NCBI GenBank assembly: GCA_040005235.1
Contig: JBDTZG010000001.1
Location: 192,001 to 256,000 of the forward strand
DNA: 64,000 nt
Source: Acidobacteriota bacterium
GTDB lineage: Bacteria; Acidobacteriota; Thermoanaerobaculia; Multivoradales; UBA5704
Direction of reading: 5' to 3'
Shown: one piece after another, positions 12,001 to 19,039 of the stretch
How positions within the stretch are numbered: position 1 is the stretch's first letter
Layout of the letters: every line of letters starts with the position of its first letter
The notes under the pieces: model-generated
Told to the model about the DNA's origin: nothing
What the model saw: the letters and a program-made list of their open reading frames with translations, nothing else
The model's database searches: none
Made by a program: the position numbers and the translations under genes

Positions 12001-14020
12001 CGACGCCCAAGACGTTCTGGTCGCCGTCACCTCGCTGTCGTTCGACATCGCGGGGCTGGAGCTGTACGCACCGCTCTTGGTCGGCGCCCGCACGGTGATC
12101 GCCCGGCAGGACGAGGTGATGGGGGGAGCGCTCCTGGGCGATCTGCTCGCCCGCAGCGGCGCCACGGTTCTGCAAGCGACCCCCTCGGGCTGGAGGGTGT
12201 TGCTCGGCTCGGGTTGGCCGGGCGACCCGGGCCTGAAAGCTCTGGTGGGCGGCGAGGCGCTTCCCCCGGCACTGGCTGCGGAGCTGCGCGGCAAAGTAGG
12301 AACGCTGTGGAACATGTACGGTCCCACCGAGACGGCGGTCTGGTCGACGGTGGACGAGGTGGGCGCGGGGCCGATCTCGATCGGCCGGCCGATCGCGGCG
12401 ACCGGGCTGTACGTGGTGAACGCCTACGGCGGTCTGTTGCCCGCGGGAGCGTCGGGCGAGCTGTGGATCGGCGGCGCGGGCGTTGCGCGCGGCTACCACG
12501 GCCGGCCGGACTTGACCGCGGAGCGTTTCCTGCCGGACGTCTACTCGCGGCAGCCGGGCGCGCGGCTCTATCGAACGGGAGACCTCGCGCGCCGGATGCC
12601 CGATGGCCGTTTCCAGTGCCTCGGCCGGATCGACACCCAAGTCAAGGTGCGCGGCTTCCGCATCGAGCTGGGCGAGGTCGAGTCGGTGCTCGCCGCTCAT
12701 CCGCGGATCGCGCAGTCGGTCGTGATCGCCCGGGCCGGCGAAGCGGGGGCAGAGCACGAGCTGGTCGCCTATTTCGTGGCCCGGGACGGCGATCACGGCG
12801 GGGAGATCGCCACGGCGGAGCTGCGCGCCCATTTGAAGGAGCGGCTGCCCGATTACATGGTGCCCGCCCAGTTCGTCAGGCTCGACGCGTTGCCGATGAC
12901 GCCGAACGGCAAGGTCGATCGCAAAACGCTCCCCGATCCCTCGCGCGAGGCGCGCGGCGGTGCCGGAGGGGAGCTGCCGGGGACCGAGATGGAGATCCAG
13001 GTGGCGGCGGTCTGGCGCCAGGTGCTTCACCTCGAATCGGTCGGCCTCGACGACAATTTCTTCGATCTCGGCGGCCATTCGCTCGTGGCGCTCAAAGTCC
13101 AGGCGCAGCTGGAGCTTCTCCTCGGCCGGACGGTCGAGCTGGTCGCGCTGTTCCGCCATCCGACCGTGCGCCAGCTCGCCTCGGCTCTCGAACCGAAGGG
13201 CGCCGCGGAGGTCGATTCGAAGCGATCGAGCGTGCTGGTGCCGATCCAACCCCTGGGCACCCGCGCGCCGCTGTTCGTTCTGCCCCCGCTCGGCGGCACG
13301 GTCTATTTCTACCGCGCTCTCGCCCAGGAGCTCGGCCCCGATCAACCGGTCTGGGGCCTGCAGACTCCGGGGCTCGAAGGGGACCAGGAACCGATCGACG
13401 ACTTCGAAGCGCTGGCCGAGCTCTTCTTGGCGGCGATCGCCCCGGTGCGACGCGCGGGGGCACCGGTTCACCTCGCCGGAGCTTCGCTGGGCGGCCTGCT
13501 GGTGTTCGAGATGGCGCGGCAACTGGCGGCCCGCGGGGAACAGATGGGCATGGCGGCCCTGCTCGACACGGCGGGCGGCAGCGCCACGGCGATCGACGAC
13601 CGCGCCGCGTTGGTCGCCATGGTCCACATGCTCACCGAAGGGCGCTTCCGCATTCCGCCCGAGCAGCTCTTGGGACTCACCCCCGACGAGCAGATCGACC
13701 GGGTGTTCGCCGAGGCGGCAGCGCGCGGAATCTCGACCGAAGGGGTCAGTCGCGACCGGATCGCCCGACTCCGCCGCGTCATCGAGGCGAACTTAAGAGC
13801 CCGCGCCGGCTATCGCGAGCAAACCTACAGCGGCAGCCTGCTGTTCTGCCGCGCGGAAATTCGCTTGCCGGGAGAGCCGGACCGCCCCGAGACCTCCTGG
13901 CTCCCGTTGGCCGCAGGCGGCGTCGAAGTCCACGACGTGCCCGGCGATCACGAGTCGATGCTCCAGCCGCCGAACGTGGCGCGCCTGGCGGAGATCCTGG
14001 CGGCGAAGCTCGCGGAGTAG
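1..14020 (+). CDS. Non-ribosomal peptide synthetase, 5'-truncated by window edge: [E end]-C(DCL)-A(Thr)-T-C-A(Tyr)-T-C-A(Gly)-T-C-A(Gly)-T-TE
   Basis: Frame is open from base 2 (YLGQ... epimerase motif, then YTPSDFPLA linker). Four HHxxxDxWS C motifs, four YTSGSTG.PKGV A motifs, four GGHSL T motifs, terminal TE with GASLG and GDH. Specificity codes read by eye against GrsA positions: DFWNVGMVHK, DASTIAAVCK, DILQLGMVWK twice. Confidence 0.97.
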   Translation, partial: YLGQADASARGAGQASSASPSTLAIARENPGPTLSPLATRAHELAVSAVISGGALRVELIYGAERLAKETVEAWAAAFRAEALALAEHCASPEAFGYTPSDFPLARLDQATIDRLFGDDRTVEDVYPLAPLQEGMVFQTLAAPRSGVYYEQLAATLSGPVDDNLFGRALAGVLARHPILRTSFRWQGSESLLQVVQHQVEPPLLIDDWRDVPAGEIPGRLAALLEADRRAGFALDRAPLVAARLIRTDEDERTLVLANHHAILDGWSYQSFTAELFALYAGLRSGRAPELPHRRPYRDYIAWLVTRDRGASEAYWRRALAGFREPTPLVVDRPAPLGRTGHDAGTVERSLPRATSDALDALARREQVTLNTVVQAATGLLFARYSGQDDVVFGTAVSGRPPGLAGIESMLGLFLNTLPARVVSPPDRALGAQLRDVQERQLEMREHEHSALVDVQSWSEVDPGRPLFQSILVFESYPREKAVAQSAAAEAGAEPFAAVRDVRFEERTNLPLALVAAPLDRLFLRASFDTDRFDAATATRLVDHLENLLAAMANAPEAALRELALLSPAEAAALVSVPQPADAQGSFCLHRRFEQIASERPLAPAVTFGAETIPYGDLEARANRLAHRLRALGVGPEVRVALCLDRTAEMLVAILAVLKAGGAYVPLDPTYAQERLGFVLADAETPVVISQSDLADALPPCTGEEGGARLLLLDREDFADESAAPLADGATPDNAAYVIYTSGSTGKPKGVVVTHANVARLFRSTDRWFGFGTDDVWTLFHSYAFDFSVWEIWGALLYGGRLVVVPYAVSRSPRDFRALLAAERVTVLNQTPSAFHQLQRADEEAGEGAFPLALRTVVFGGEALDLGALAPWFGRHPEDRPRLVNMYGITETTVHVTYRPLGKADVGSASVIGEAIPDLALRLLDARGDLVPVGVPGEIHVVGDGLARGYLARPDLTAERFVPDAYSTLPGARSYRSGDLARRRPAALDVTLELEYLGRIDLQVKIRGFRIELGEIEAALTAHPSVREAVAVVRGDGDDRRLVAYLVAPPDAPLASFEAELREHLRARLPEHMLPSFLVPLAALPLTPNGKVDKKALPAPEIDLGGGFTPPGTPLELRLAEIWERLLGVAGVGLESDFFALGGHSLLAMRLSSHVREALELEIPVTLVFEEPIFGAFARTVEGMIEGLGEGVGGTAGKAARKALDATSAEPALVALARTGPVALSYSQTRLFMFDRLRPGDTLYNMGGTQRLGARLRLDLLAAAIDQVVRRHESLRTGFSEIDSHPVQMIHREVEVRPRLIDLSALALSRSPEPEMVRLSALQVGTPFDLGRPPLLSIWLVRLGAAGDVLLYMMHHIISDGWSMGVLVSELSAAYEALAAGRWPDLPALPVQYPDYAVWQRDWFERGELARQLGYWRERLAGAQPSELPTDRKRPAVSSFRGRRFRTALDSATSNALLALAHDHRASIFMMVLAGFDAIIARWSGRDDVVVGSPIANRQRREIEGLIGFFVNTLVLRTDLSGDPSFAEALDRTRDAALGAFGHQDLPFERLVEELAPRRDPARHPLFQLLFNLVNTPSETSAKGSPGFTAEADSPAPELQSATALFDLQLFGIETPGSIQLVWEYSLDLFEEATVRRFARGFTSLLKGALARPETRLSELPLLSAADRIELLAAAAGPSSNPLPDHFLHQRLAREAAARPDAPAVRFGGRVVTYAELDAASNRVARHLQALGFGVELTVGLCFDHCPELLFALFGVLKAGASFLPLDPGYPEERLSYQIADSGTLAVLTDEANEPLARLLGAPLVICVDGPEVAGESAEAPAPEGFEPERAAYLLYTSGSTGRPKGVVVTHRGLASLGVEQGRLFGVAPEGRVLQFASPAFDASVSEIAMAVEAGAALVMAPREVLLPGADFIRLLKDERVTTATLPPSLLATLPAGTESELPDLANLIVAGESCQPKLAARWAAGRRFLNAYGPTETTVCGTVADLSGATLSADRPLPLGQPLAHVQVRVVDRWFEPVPVGTPGEIVIGGVGLARNYHGRPDLTAERFVPDPLAGGEGDSPGGRIYRTGDLARWRPEPRQPTGLDLEYLGRIDFQIKIRGYRVELGEIEAALTAHPEVREAVVVVKGEDDDRRLIAYLAATPSPTLEAELREHLRTILPEYMVPGRFAMLAALPLTPNGKVDRKALPEPGVELVEGVTPPRTPVERRLAEIWEELLAVSGVGLESAFFELGGHSLLAMRLTSRILEGLGLDLPMQAIFDEPTLESLAARIETGLKESQGGVAAPALLPLSRGEALPLSFAQTRLWMLDRLLPGGSLYNMGGLQRLGSGLRFDLFAAAIEIVVRRHETLRTSFDEIDLAPIQIIHPEAAVRPRQIDLAALAAGEREMLRLGALQLAQPFDLGRPTLLRLWLVRLATESVLLYVIHHIVSDAWSMGLLISEITAAYAALAEGQRPDFPELPIQYADFSVWQRAWFEGGELDRQLGYWRTQLAGLPATELPVDRPRPPVSSYRGRRFRTALATDVAAALGTLAHERQASAFMVLLAGFDALVARYVGQDDVVIGTPVANRRRREVEGLIGFFVNTLVLRTDLDGDPSFAEAVDRTRETALGAFAHPDLPFERLVEELAPHRDMARNPLFQLMFNLIGSSQAEAGERSAKSPRDVGSSPAQDATALFDLQVYGVETSDSFDLHWEYSVDLFEEATMRRLARGYESLLAAAVARPESRLSDVPLLSAAERAELVAAGTGRAAGASGRVHERIREQAAATPAAIAFAAGSDTLTYAELTARANRLARRLARLGVGVESRVGIAVERSLALPVAALGVLGAGASYVPLDPAYPAERLAYMAADARLAALVVSGDLEDLDRRFAAYAPVVVRIAPDGEIDGAELSTPLPSRVGAENLAYTIYTSGSTGQPKGVELSHGALANFLDAMIERPGVVASDVLVSVTSLSFDIAGLELYAPLLVGARTVIARRDEATDGSLLAALLRRSGATVLQATPSGWRVLLAAGWTGDRSLKALVGGEALPPALAGELRSLVGSLWNMYGPTETAVWSTLDEVGAGPVSIGRPIAATLTYVVDRRGDLLPQGVPGELWIGGAGVARGYRGRPDLTAERFLPDPWSAESGARLYRTGDLGRWRPDGRLECLGRIDHQVKVRGHRIELGEIEAVLGSHPAVAASAVTLFGEGEDRRLAAYVVLRPGEEEEISLRDALAPFLLERLPESMMPSVFVRLAALPLTPNGKVDRKALPSPDFEMGAAATPPRTPFEKQVAAIWEEVLGVAGIGVESHFFALGGHSLLAMRLASRLRETFGLDLPLRAIFEASTLGLFAARVEAALAAGSEEAGGAEEALVPLPRTGPLPLSFAQARLWLLDRLAPGNPFYNLGSAIHLGRRLRYDLFSAAVGTVVARHESLRTSFGEHDREPTQTIHGDVGVRPRQIDLAGLAAPAAEALRLGSLQLAQPFDLGRPPLLRLWLVRLGAAEDALLYAIHHIVSDAWSLGLLVAEITASYAALAAGRAPELPALPVQYADFAAWQRSWLAEGELARQLDYWRGRLAGAPGTELPTDRPRPAVSSYRGRGLRTAVGPGLAAGVARIARGAQASPFMVLLAAFQAVVVRYGAGEDVVLGTPIANRRRREVERLIGFFVNTLVLRTDLAGDPSFAEALARTKETALGAFAYQDMPFERLVEELSPRRDLARNPFFQLMFNLINTPAAEGASRRDGAGEPPDTADRPALDVQPATALFDLQIYLIEAPDAFHLYWEYASDLFEEATIRRLGRAYESLIEGAVARPEGKLSDLPLLSAPERAELLATGTGPSAAGGGGPVHERIAAQALRTPAAVAVIAGTDALTYAELQERADRLARRLRRLGIGVESRVGIAVERSLALPVATLGVLGAGASYVPLDPAYPAERLAYMAADSGLAAVIASDDLADPERFAGYASIAVLIHPDGSIDGGEDAPFAAADTAAQNLAYTIYTSGSTGLPKGVELSHGALANFLDAMIERPGLDAQDVLVAVTSLSFDIAGLELYAPLLVGARTVIARQDEVMGGALLGDLLARSGATVLQATPSGWRVLLGSGWPGDPGLKALVGGEALPPALAAELRGKVGTLWNMYGPTETAVWSTVDEVGAGPISIGRPIAATGLYVVNAYGGLLPAGASGELWIGGAGVARGYHGRPDLTAERFLPDVYSRQPGARLYRTGDLARRMPDGRFQCLGRIDTQVKVRGFRIELGEVESVLAAHPRIAQSVVIARAGEAGAEHELVAYFVARDGDHGGEIATAELRAHLKERLPDYMVPAQFVRLDALPMTPNGKVDRKTLPDPSREARGGAGGELPGTEMEIQVAAVWRQVLHLESVGLDDNFFDLGGHSLVALKVQAQLELLLGRTVELVALFRHPTVRQLASALEPKGAAEVDSKRSSVLVPIQPLGTRAPLFVLPPLGGTVYFYRALAQELGPDQPVWGLQTPGLEGDQEPIDDFEALAELFLAAIAPVRRAGAPVHLAGASLGGLLVFEMARQLAARGEQMGMAALLDTAGGSATAIDDRAALVAMVHMLTEGRFRIPPEQLLGLTPDEQIDRVFAEAAARGISTEGVSRDRIARLRRVIEANLRARAGYREQTYSGSLLFCRAEIRLPGEPDRPETSWLPLAAGGVEVHDVPGDHESMLQPPNVARLAEILAAKLAE

Positions 14021-14044
14021 GGCCTTTTCCCTGGCCGGGGAGTC

Positions 14045-14540
14045 CGGCGGAATCCTCGAAAATCCGCCGGAGACGGCGGCGAACGGCTCCGTAAAGCCGC
14101 TGTCGGCCGTCGACGGCGGCTCTGCGGCCTCCGAGAGCGGCTATCCGGCTCTGGATTCGGCCATCGCCCGTGGAACCTCGCTATCGAGAACGGGATAGCG
14201 AGCCTTGCGCCTCGAAAGCCGCTATCGCTCGCGAAGAGGACGTTGCGGCGGCTGCGAGCGGCTGTCGGTCTCGGATAGCCGCTCTACGTCAAGGAATCGC
14301 GCGTTTTTCCTTCTGCATCCCGGATTCCGCGCCGGACGCCCGAATCCAGCGGCGGAAAGCCGCTTTCGACGGTCGCGCCGCCGTGGCGGCGGCCGCATTC
14401 GCCCATCGGGACTCGCTGAGCGCTTGCGCCGCCGACAGATCGGCTGCCATCACGCCATTGGCTCCGCCATTCCAGGGAATTGGAAGCGCGCGCAGGACAT
14501 CGTGCTACGAGCAACCGCCGATTTCTCTACGCCCCCTACA
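14045..14540. repeat. Degenerate tandem array, about 20-21 bp period, palindromic core GA(T/A)AGC-N-GCT(A/T)TC
   Basis: Cores start at about 14092, 14112, 14133, 14153, 14173, 14194, 14214, 14254, 14274 and 14355 (GAAAGCCGCTTTC is a perfect dyad). AGAGCGGCTATCCG (14134) is inverted at 14272-14285. Lies between convergent genes; right boundary is uncertain. Confidence 0.65.
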
Positions 14541-14549
14541 TCGCGCTAT

Positions 14550-16133
14550 TCACTGCCGCCGTTCCACCAGAAACCACCGCCCCGCCCGCTTGACCTGCAT
14601 CTCTGCAAGGTGCGGTCCGAACGCCGCCGTCAGTTTCTCCGCGCCACCTCGTACGAGGTAGTACCGATAGTGGGGCCCATGCCGCTCGTAGACGAACTTT
14701 CGCGGATTCCACTCGTCCCATTCTGCGAGCAGGGCGTCGTCCTCGTTCTTGCCCGGCCGGTAGGCGACGGGGGAATTCCAGAACTGGACGAAGGAGAAAT
14801 GGATGCGGCCTCCTTTGGCGACTTGGTAATAGGCGGGGGTATGGATCAGCAGCGGCGGTTCCTCCCAGCCTTCGGTTCCCAGCTCGCCGCCGGGTTCGTA
14901 GATCAGACCCGCGAGGGCCTGGCCCGGCTCGGTCGAATCGAGCAGCTCGGAGAGGCCGGCGGTTTCGGCGGAGAACGCGAGGAAGCCTGTCGCCGTCCGT
15001 AGGAATTGCCCGGCGAGCAGCCCGGCCGTGAGCAGCGCCGCGAGGCGCAGGCGCGGGGAGCCGGCGGGGAGCCGGGGGAGGCCCGGGATCGCCAACATCG
15101 CCGCGAGCGGCAGCAGCCGGTCGGAGACCAGATAGCCGCGCGTGTAGTTGGGCAGGATGAAATAGAGCAATGCCACCCAGCCGGCGAGCGAGAGGAACCG
15201 GGTGCGGTACAGAGCGCCGCCGTCGTCGCTCCGAGGAAGATCGGAGCGTGGCACGGCGAGCACCAGGACCACGCCGAGGAGGATCGCGGCGAGCAGATAG
15301 CACGCGCCGTCCGCCGCGCCCGAAAACAGGTTCGAAGGCATATGGGCGATGCGTAAGGAAAGTGGTGCGAAATGCGCAGGCTCGGCCGCCAACCGCTGCT
15401 GGTAGCCGGTCATCGCCTCGGCGGCGTGCAGATGCGCCCACGCCAAGGCGCCCATGCCCAGCGCGAGACCGGGAACCGTCGAGGAAACTTGGAGTGCCAG
15501 GCGTGGCAGGCTCGGACGGCGGACCAGCGCGAGCCAGCCGACGGCACCGGCAAAGATCAACAGGAATTCGAGGTGGACGGTATAGAACAGCAGGCCGATC
15601 CCGGCGAGCAGCGCCCAGCCCTGAGCGCCAAACGGCCGATCGAACAGCCGATCGGTGAGCGCCACCCCTAGGAGCACCAGCGGATAGGCGATCAGGTTGT
15701 CGACGAAACCCCAGGAGAAGGCGGAGTTGTAGGTGATGCCCAGAGCGAGCAGCGCGTACCACGCCGGCCGGCCGGTGCGGCGGCAGAGGAGCGCCGCGGC
15801 GAGCGGCACGGCGAGCAGAGAGATCGAGACGACGAGCTTCCCCGCCGCTTCGATCGGCAGCAGGAACCCGAAAGCCGCGGTGAGCATTTCGAACAACCCT
15901 TGCGGGCGCCAGAGGACGATCTCGTAGGTCTGCCGTAGGGCGCGGGCGGGATCGCCGTAGAAGCGGAGAATCGAGGCCGCGGCGAGCTGCTGCGGGTAAT
16001 CGACCATCGGGAGAAATCGGACCAGCCAGAGGGGCAGCACCCAGAGCGCCCCGACCGCGCCGAGCCACATGGACAGGCGCAGCGGCCGGCGCGGCGGAAT
16101 TTCTTCCACGGGGGGGATAGAGGGGGCGGTCAT
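14550..16133 (-). CDS. Multi-pass membrane protein, GT-C-like glycosyltransferase candidate
   Basis: Many hydrophobic segments, N-terminal loop PMVDYPQQ, soluble C-terminal domain. Start moved to ATG 16133 (MTAPSIPP) because the longer ORF overlaps the divergent PLD gene. Confidence 0.6.
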   Translation of the reverse strand: MTAPSIPPVEEIPPRRPLRLSMWLGAVGALWVLPLWLVRFLPMVDYPQQLAAASILRFYGDPARALRQTYEIVLWRPQGLFEMLTAAFGFLLPIEAAGKLVVSISLLAVPLAAALLCRRTGRPAWYALLALGITYNSAFSWGFVDNLIAYPLVLLGVALTDRLFDRPFGAQGWALLAGIGLLFYTVHLEFLLIFAGAVGWLALVRRPSLPRLALQVSSTVPGLALGMGALAWAHLHAAEAMTGYQQRLAAEPAHFAPLSLRIAHMPSNLFSGAADGACYLLAAILLGVVLVLAVPRSDLPRSDDGGALYRTRFLSLAGWVALLYFILPNYTRGYLVSDRLLPLAAMLAIPGLPRLPAGSPRLRLAALLTAGLLAGQFLRTATGFLAFSAETAGLSELLDSTEPGQALAGLIYEPGGELGTEGWEEPPLLIHTPAYYQVAKGGRIHFSFVQFWNSPVAYRPGKNEDDALLAEWDEWNPRKFVYERHGPHYRYYLVRGGAEKLTAAFGPHLAEMQVKRAGRWFLVERRQ

Positions 16134-16161
16134 CGACCGCGCATCGTACACTCTGCGCCGC

Positions 16162-17487
16162 GTGCTCCCTTCCCTTCGCTTTCGCTCGATCCGCTCCTGC
16201 GGGATTGCACTCCTCCTCGCCGGTCTGATCGGCCGGGCTGAATCGGCTCGCGGCGACCAGGTCCGTCTGCTCGACACGGTGCTCGAAGCCGCGGCCTCGC
16301 GGGTCGAGGGGGCGATCGGTGCGAAGAAGGAAATCCTCACCTCGGCGTTCATCGTCGGCGACGATCCGTTCTCGCTCGGCGCGCTCGCGCTGCTGCGCGA
16401 CGCCGCCCGGCGCGGCATCTCGGTCAAGCTGCTGATCGACAGCCAGTGGAACAAGATTCCGGTCGCGGTTCAGGCGCACCTGGTCGACGAGGGAATCGAA
16501 ATCCGGACCTACCATCCGTTCGTCTGGGGCAACCTCCACTGGCTCACCCGCCGCCTTCACGACAAGCTGGTCATCGTTGACGGCGAGCTCTTGATCGCCG
16601 GGGGGCGCAATATCGAGAGCCCGTATTTCGGCCTCGGCCCTGCCCAGATGGGGGTGCGCAACTATCTAGATTGCGACGTCGAGGTCCGCGGCGCCCTCGC
16701 GGCTGAAGCGCGCGACTATTTCCTCTTGCTGTGGAACAGTCATCACGTCAAGAAGCGCAACCGGCCGGCCTCTCCGGCGGCGAAGGCCGAAGCCGCGCGC
16801 CAGCTCGACGCCTACCAGGCGTGGCTCGACGCGCGGATCGCCACCGCCCGCAAGGCGGGCATTCCGCTGCTCGACGCGCCGACTCCGGTCGAGCACCTCC
16901 GCTTTCTCCACGACCCGATCGGCCGCAAGGATCAAGAGCGCGGAGTCGGCCCGGAGCTGCTCGCGCGTTTGGAGTCGGCGCGGGTTTCGATCGCGATCGA
17001 ATCGCCGTACCTGATTCCCACCCGCGCGTTTCGCCGCGGCCTGGCGCGGGCTCTCGAACGAGGGGTCAAAGTGCGAATCCTCACCAACTCGCTGTCGACC
17101 ACCGACAACCTCTGGGCGCAGGCCGGCTACGTCGGCAGCGAGCGCCGGCTGGTCCAAAGCGGCATCGAGCTGTGGGAGTACCACGGCGAAGAGAGCCTGC
17201 ACTCGAAGGTTGCGGTGATCGACGGCCGGTGGCTGGTCGTCGGCTCGTTCAACATCGATCCGCGTTCCGAGTATCTGAATTCCGAGATCGCCGTCGAGGT
17301 CGACAGCCCGGAGCTTGCGGCCGCCGAGCAGGAGGTGATGGCGACTCACCTCGCCAGCTCCTGGCGGATCGACGAACGGGGCCTGCCGGAAGGGGCGACC
17401 GAGCGGTTTCCCGGCGTGCCGAAGGCGAAGGTCAGAAAGCTCCGCTGGCTCAAACTGCTCGCGCCGTTGATCCGCAGCCAGCTGTAA
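16162..17487 (+). CDS. Phospholipase D / cardiolipin synthase family (ClsC/YmdC-like), secreted
   Basis: Two HKD motifs (HDKLVIVD..GGRN; HSKVAVID..GSFNID). Signal-peptide-like N-terminus from GTG 16162 (start uncertain). Confidence 0.9.
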   Translation: MLPSLRFRSIRSCGIALLLAGLIGRAESARGDQVRLLDTVLEAAASRVEGAIGAKKEILTSAFIVGDDPFSLGALALLRDAARRGISVKLLIDSQWNKIPVAVQAHLVDEGIEIRTYHPFVWGNLHWLTRRLHDKLVIVDGELLIAGGRNIESPYFGLGPAQMGVRNYLDCDVEVRGALAAEARDYFLLLWNSHHVKKRNRPASPAAKAEAARQLDAYQAWLDARIATARKAGIPLLDAPTPVEHLRFLHDPIGRKDQERGVGPELLARLESARVSIAIESPYLIPTRAFRRGLARALERGVKVRILTNSLSTTDNLWAQAGYVGSERRLVQSGIELWEYHGEESLHSKVAVIDGRWLVVGSFNIDPRSEYLNSEIAVEVDSPELAAAEQEVMATHLASSWRIDERGLPEGATERFPGVPKAKVRKLRWLKLLAPLIRSQL

Positions 17488-17520
17488 ACGAAAACCGGCC
17501 GATCGTTGCCGATCGGCCGG
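17487..17520 (-). terminator. Intrinsic terminator for the di-heme gene (possibly bidirectional)
   Basis: Perfect stem CCGGCCGATCG-ttgc-CGATCGGCCGG (17495-17520) followed by TTTTCGTTT on the minus strand. Confidence 0.75.
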
Positions 17521-17565
17521 GCAGAATTCGACGTGAGCGATGCGATGGCGCTCTGTTGCGCTCGT

Positions 17566-18795
17566 TTAGAGAGAGTTCAGGAAGGCGATCAGCTGGTTCT
17601 TCTGGGTCAAGCTCAGGTTGATGTAGTTGTTGATCACCGGATTCGCTTCGCCGAAGTGCGCGAGGATCGCGTTATTACGCGTGAAGGAGATCGTGTCGTG
17701 CATCATGCGCGAACGCGTCCGTAGGCCCCAAAGCGGCGGGGTGCGCATTTTGGTGAGCGTGCTCTGGCCGCCGTTCTGGACGATGAAGTCGCCGGTGCCG
17801 ACGTCGTGGAGCATGAAGTCGCTGTAGGGGTGGATGATCTTGTCGCCGAGCGCCGGCGGGATGGTGAACTTGCCGCCGTTGACGATCGTTCCGGCCGGGG
17901 CCGTGGTGATCGATGTCCGGTGGCAGTTGGCGCAGCCGATGCTGGTGAACAGGTTGGAGCCGGTGATCGCGTCCGAAGTGGCCGCGGCGACCGTGTCGCG
18001 CGGCGGGGCTTTGGTCGCGCGCATGAAGCGGGCGAAGAACTCGACGTCGGGACCGAACGGCTCGGTCACGGTGGGCGCCTCTTCCGGATCGGGAACGGTG
18101 TCATACGCCGCGACCGAGACGCCGTTGCTGGTGTTCTCCGTCGGCTGGAGCGGGCTGGTGATGCCCATCTCGTTCAAGTAGGCATCGGCCGAGAACGACA
18201 GCAGGCTCGCGTGCTGGTTCTTCCAGCCGAAGCGCGCGACGCGCGTCTGGCCGGGAGCTTCGCCGACCGGCACGTTGATGATCTGCCCCTTCATGCCGGA
18301 AGGCTGGGAGTTGCGGATCGTCGTGAACGTCGCGTCGGCGATCGCTTCGACGAAGCCGTCGCCGAGAAGGTTGAGCGAGGAGCGGAAGTCTGCCACGTTG
18401 TCTTCGCCCGCCACGCGCTCTTGGATCGCCGCGTTGATCGCGCGGTCGTTGATCAGCGAGCCGCCCGGCCGATCGGTGAACGTGAAGCCGTCGTAACGGC
18501 CGACCCGCAGCTCGGTGATCTGGCTGGTGCCGCCGGACACCGGGGTCTGGTGGCATTCGGCGCAGGCCTGCGCGTTGTACAGCGGACCGAGCCCGTCGGC
18601 GATGTCCTCGCGCCCTTCGAACGTCTCGCGATCGAGATCGAAGGTCGCCTGCGACGTGAAGCCGTTGGTGAGATTGTCGAATCCGGCCGGGGCCTCGGTG
18701 GCGGTGATCGCGTTGATCAGCGGTACCGACGCGAGGGCCGCTGCGATCCCAACCGGGATCGAAAGCCGCCGAATCCACTTCGTCGCTCTGCTCAT
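17566..18795 (-). CDS. Di-heme oxidoreductase family (DHOR) secreted protein
   Basis: Two CxxCH motifs (CAECH, CANCH), DGLGPLYN, RFGWK, YSDFMLHD, RTPPLWG. Signal peptide; AAGGAG RBS before ATG 18795. Confidence 0.88.
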   Translation of the reverse strand: MSRATKWIRRLSIPVGIAAALASVPLINAITATEAPAGFDNLTNGFTSQATFDLDRETFEGREDIADGLGPLYNAQACAECHQTPVSGGTSQITELRVGRYDGFTFTDRPGGSLINDRAINAAIQERVAGEDNVADFRSSLNLLGDGFVEAIADATFTTIRNSQPSGMKGQIINVPVGEAPGQTRVARFGWKNQHASLLSFSADAYLNEMGITSPLQPTENTSNGVSVAAYDTVPDPEEAPTVTEPFGPDVEFFARFMRATKAPPRDTVAAATSDAITGSNLFTSIGCANCHRTSITTAPAGTIVNGGKFTIPPALGDKIIHPYSDFMLHDVGTGDFIVQNGGQSTLTKMRTPPLWGLRTRSRMMHDTISFTRNNAILAHFGEANPVINNYINLSLTQKNQLIAFLNSL

Positions 18796-19039
18796 GTCGC
18801 TTCTCCTTCTACGGTAACGCACCGGAGGGATGGATCCCCGGCGGAAGCGCCCTTGGCGGGCGGACCTTCGCGGGGCGACCGGGCGCGAAAACACAAGGCT
18901 CACGCGGGACCGAGACAAATCGGGCTGAATTAGGTAAACGAGCGTCTGATATTTAAGGGTGCTCGGCACAGCGTAAACGGGACAGTGAGACGCGCGATTT
19001 CTCTGCGAAGTTTTACCGAGCGGGTAAACTCCCCTTCCG

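Noticed and set aside
2897-13627. Very long antisense and alternate-frame ORFs over the NRPS (e.g. 1788 aa, 965 aa, 850 aa)
   Set aside because: Expected shadows of high-GC codon bias; no recognisable motifs. The same applies to most Arg/Pro/Ala-rich ORFs in the track.
14170-14661. 163-aa ORF across the first array
   Set aside because: No RBS or motif; the ~20-bp period is not codon-phased.
16162-17487. PLD as a defence nuclease (Nuc/Zucchini type)
   Set aside because: Two HKD motifs and a signal peptide fit a ClsC/YmdC-like lipid enzyme better.
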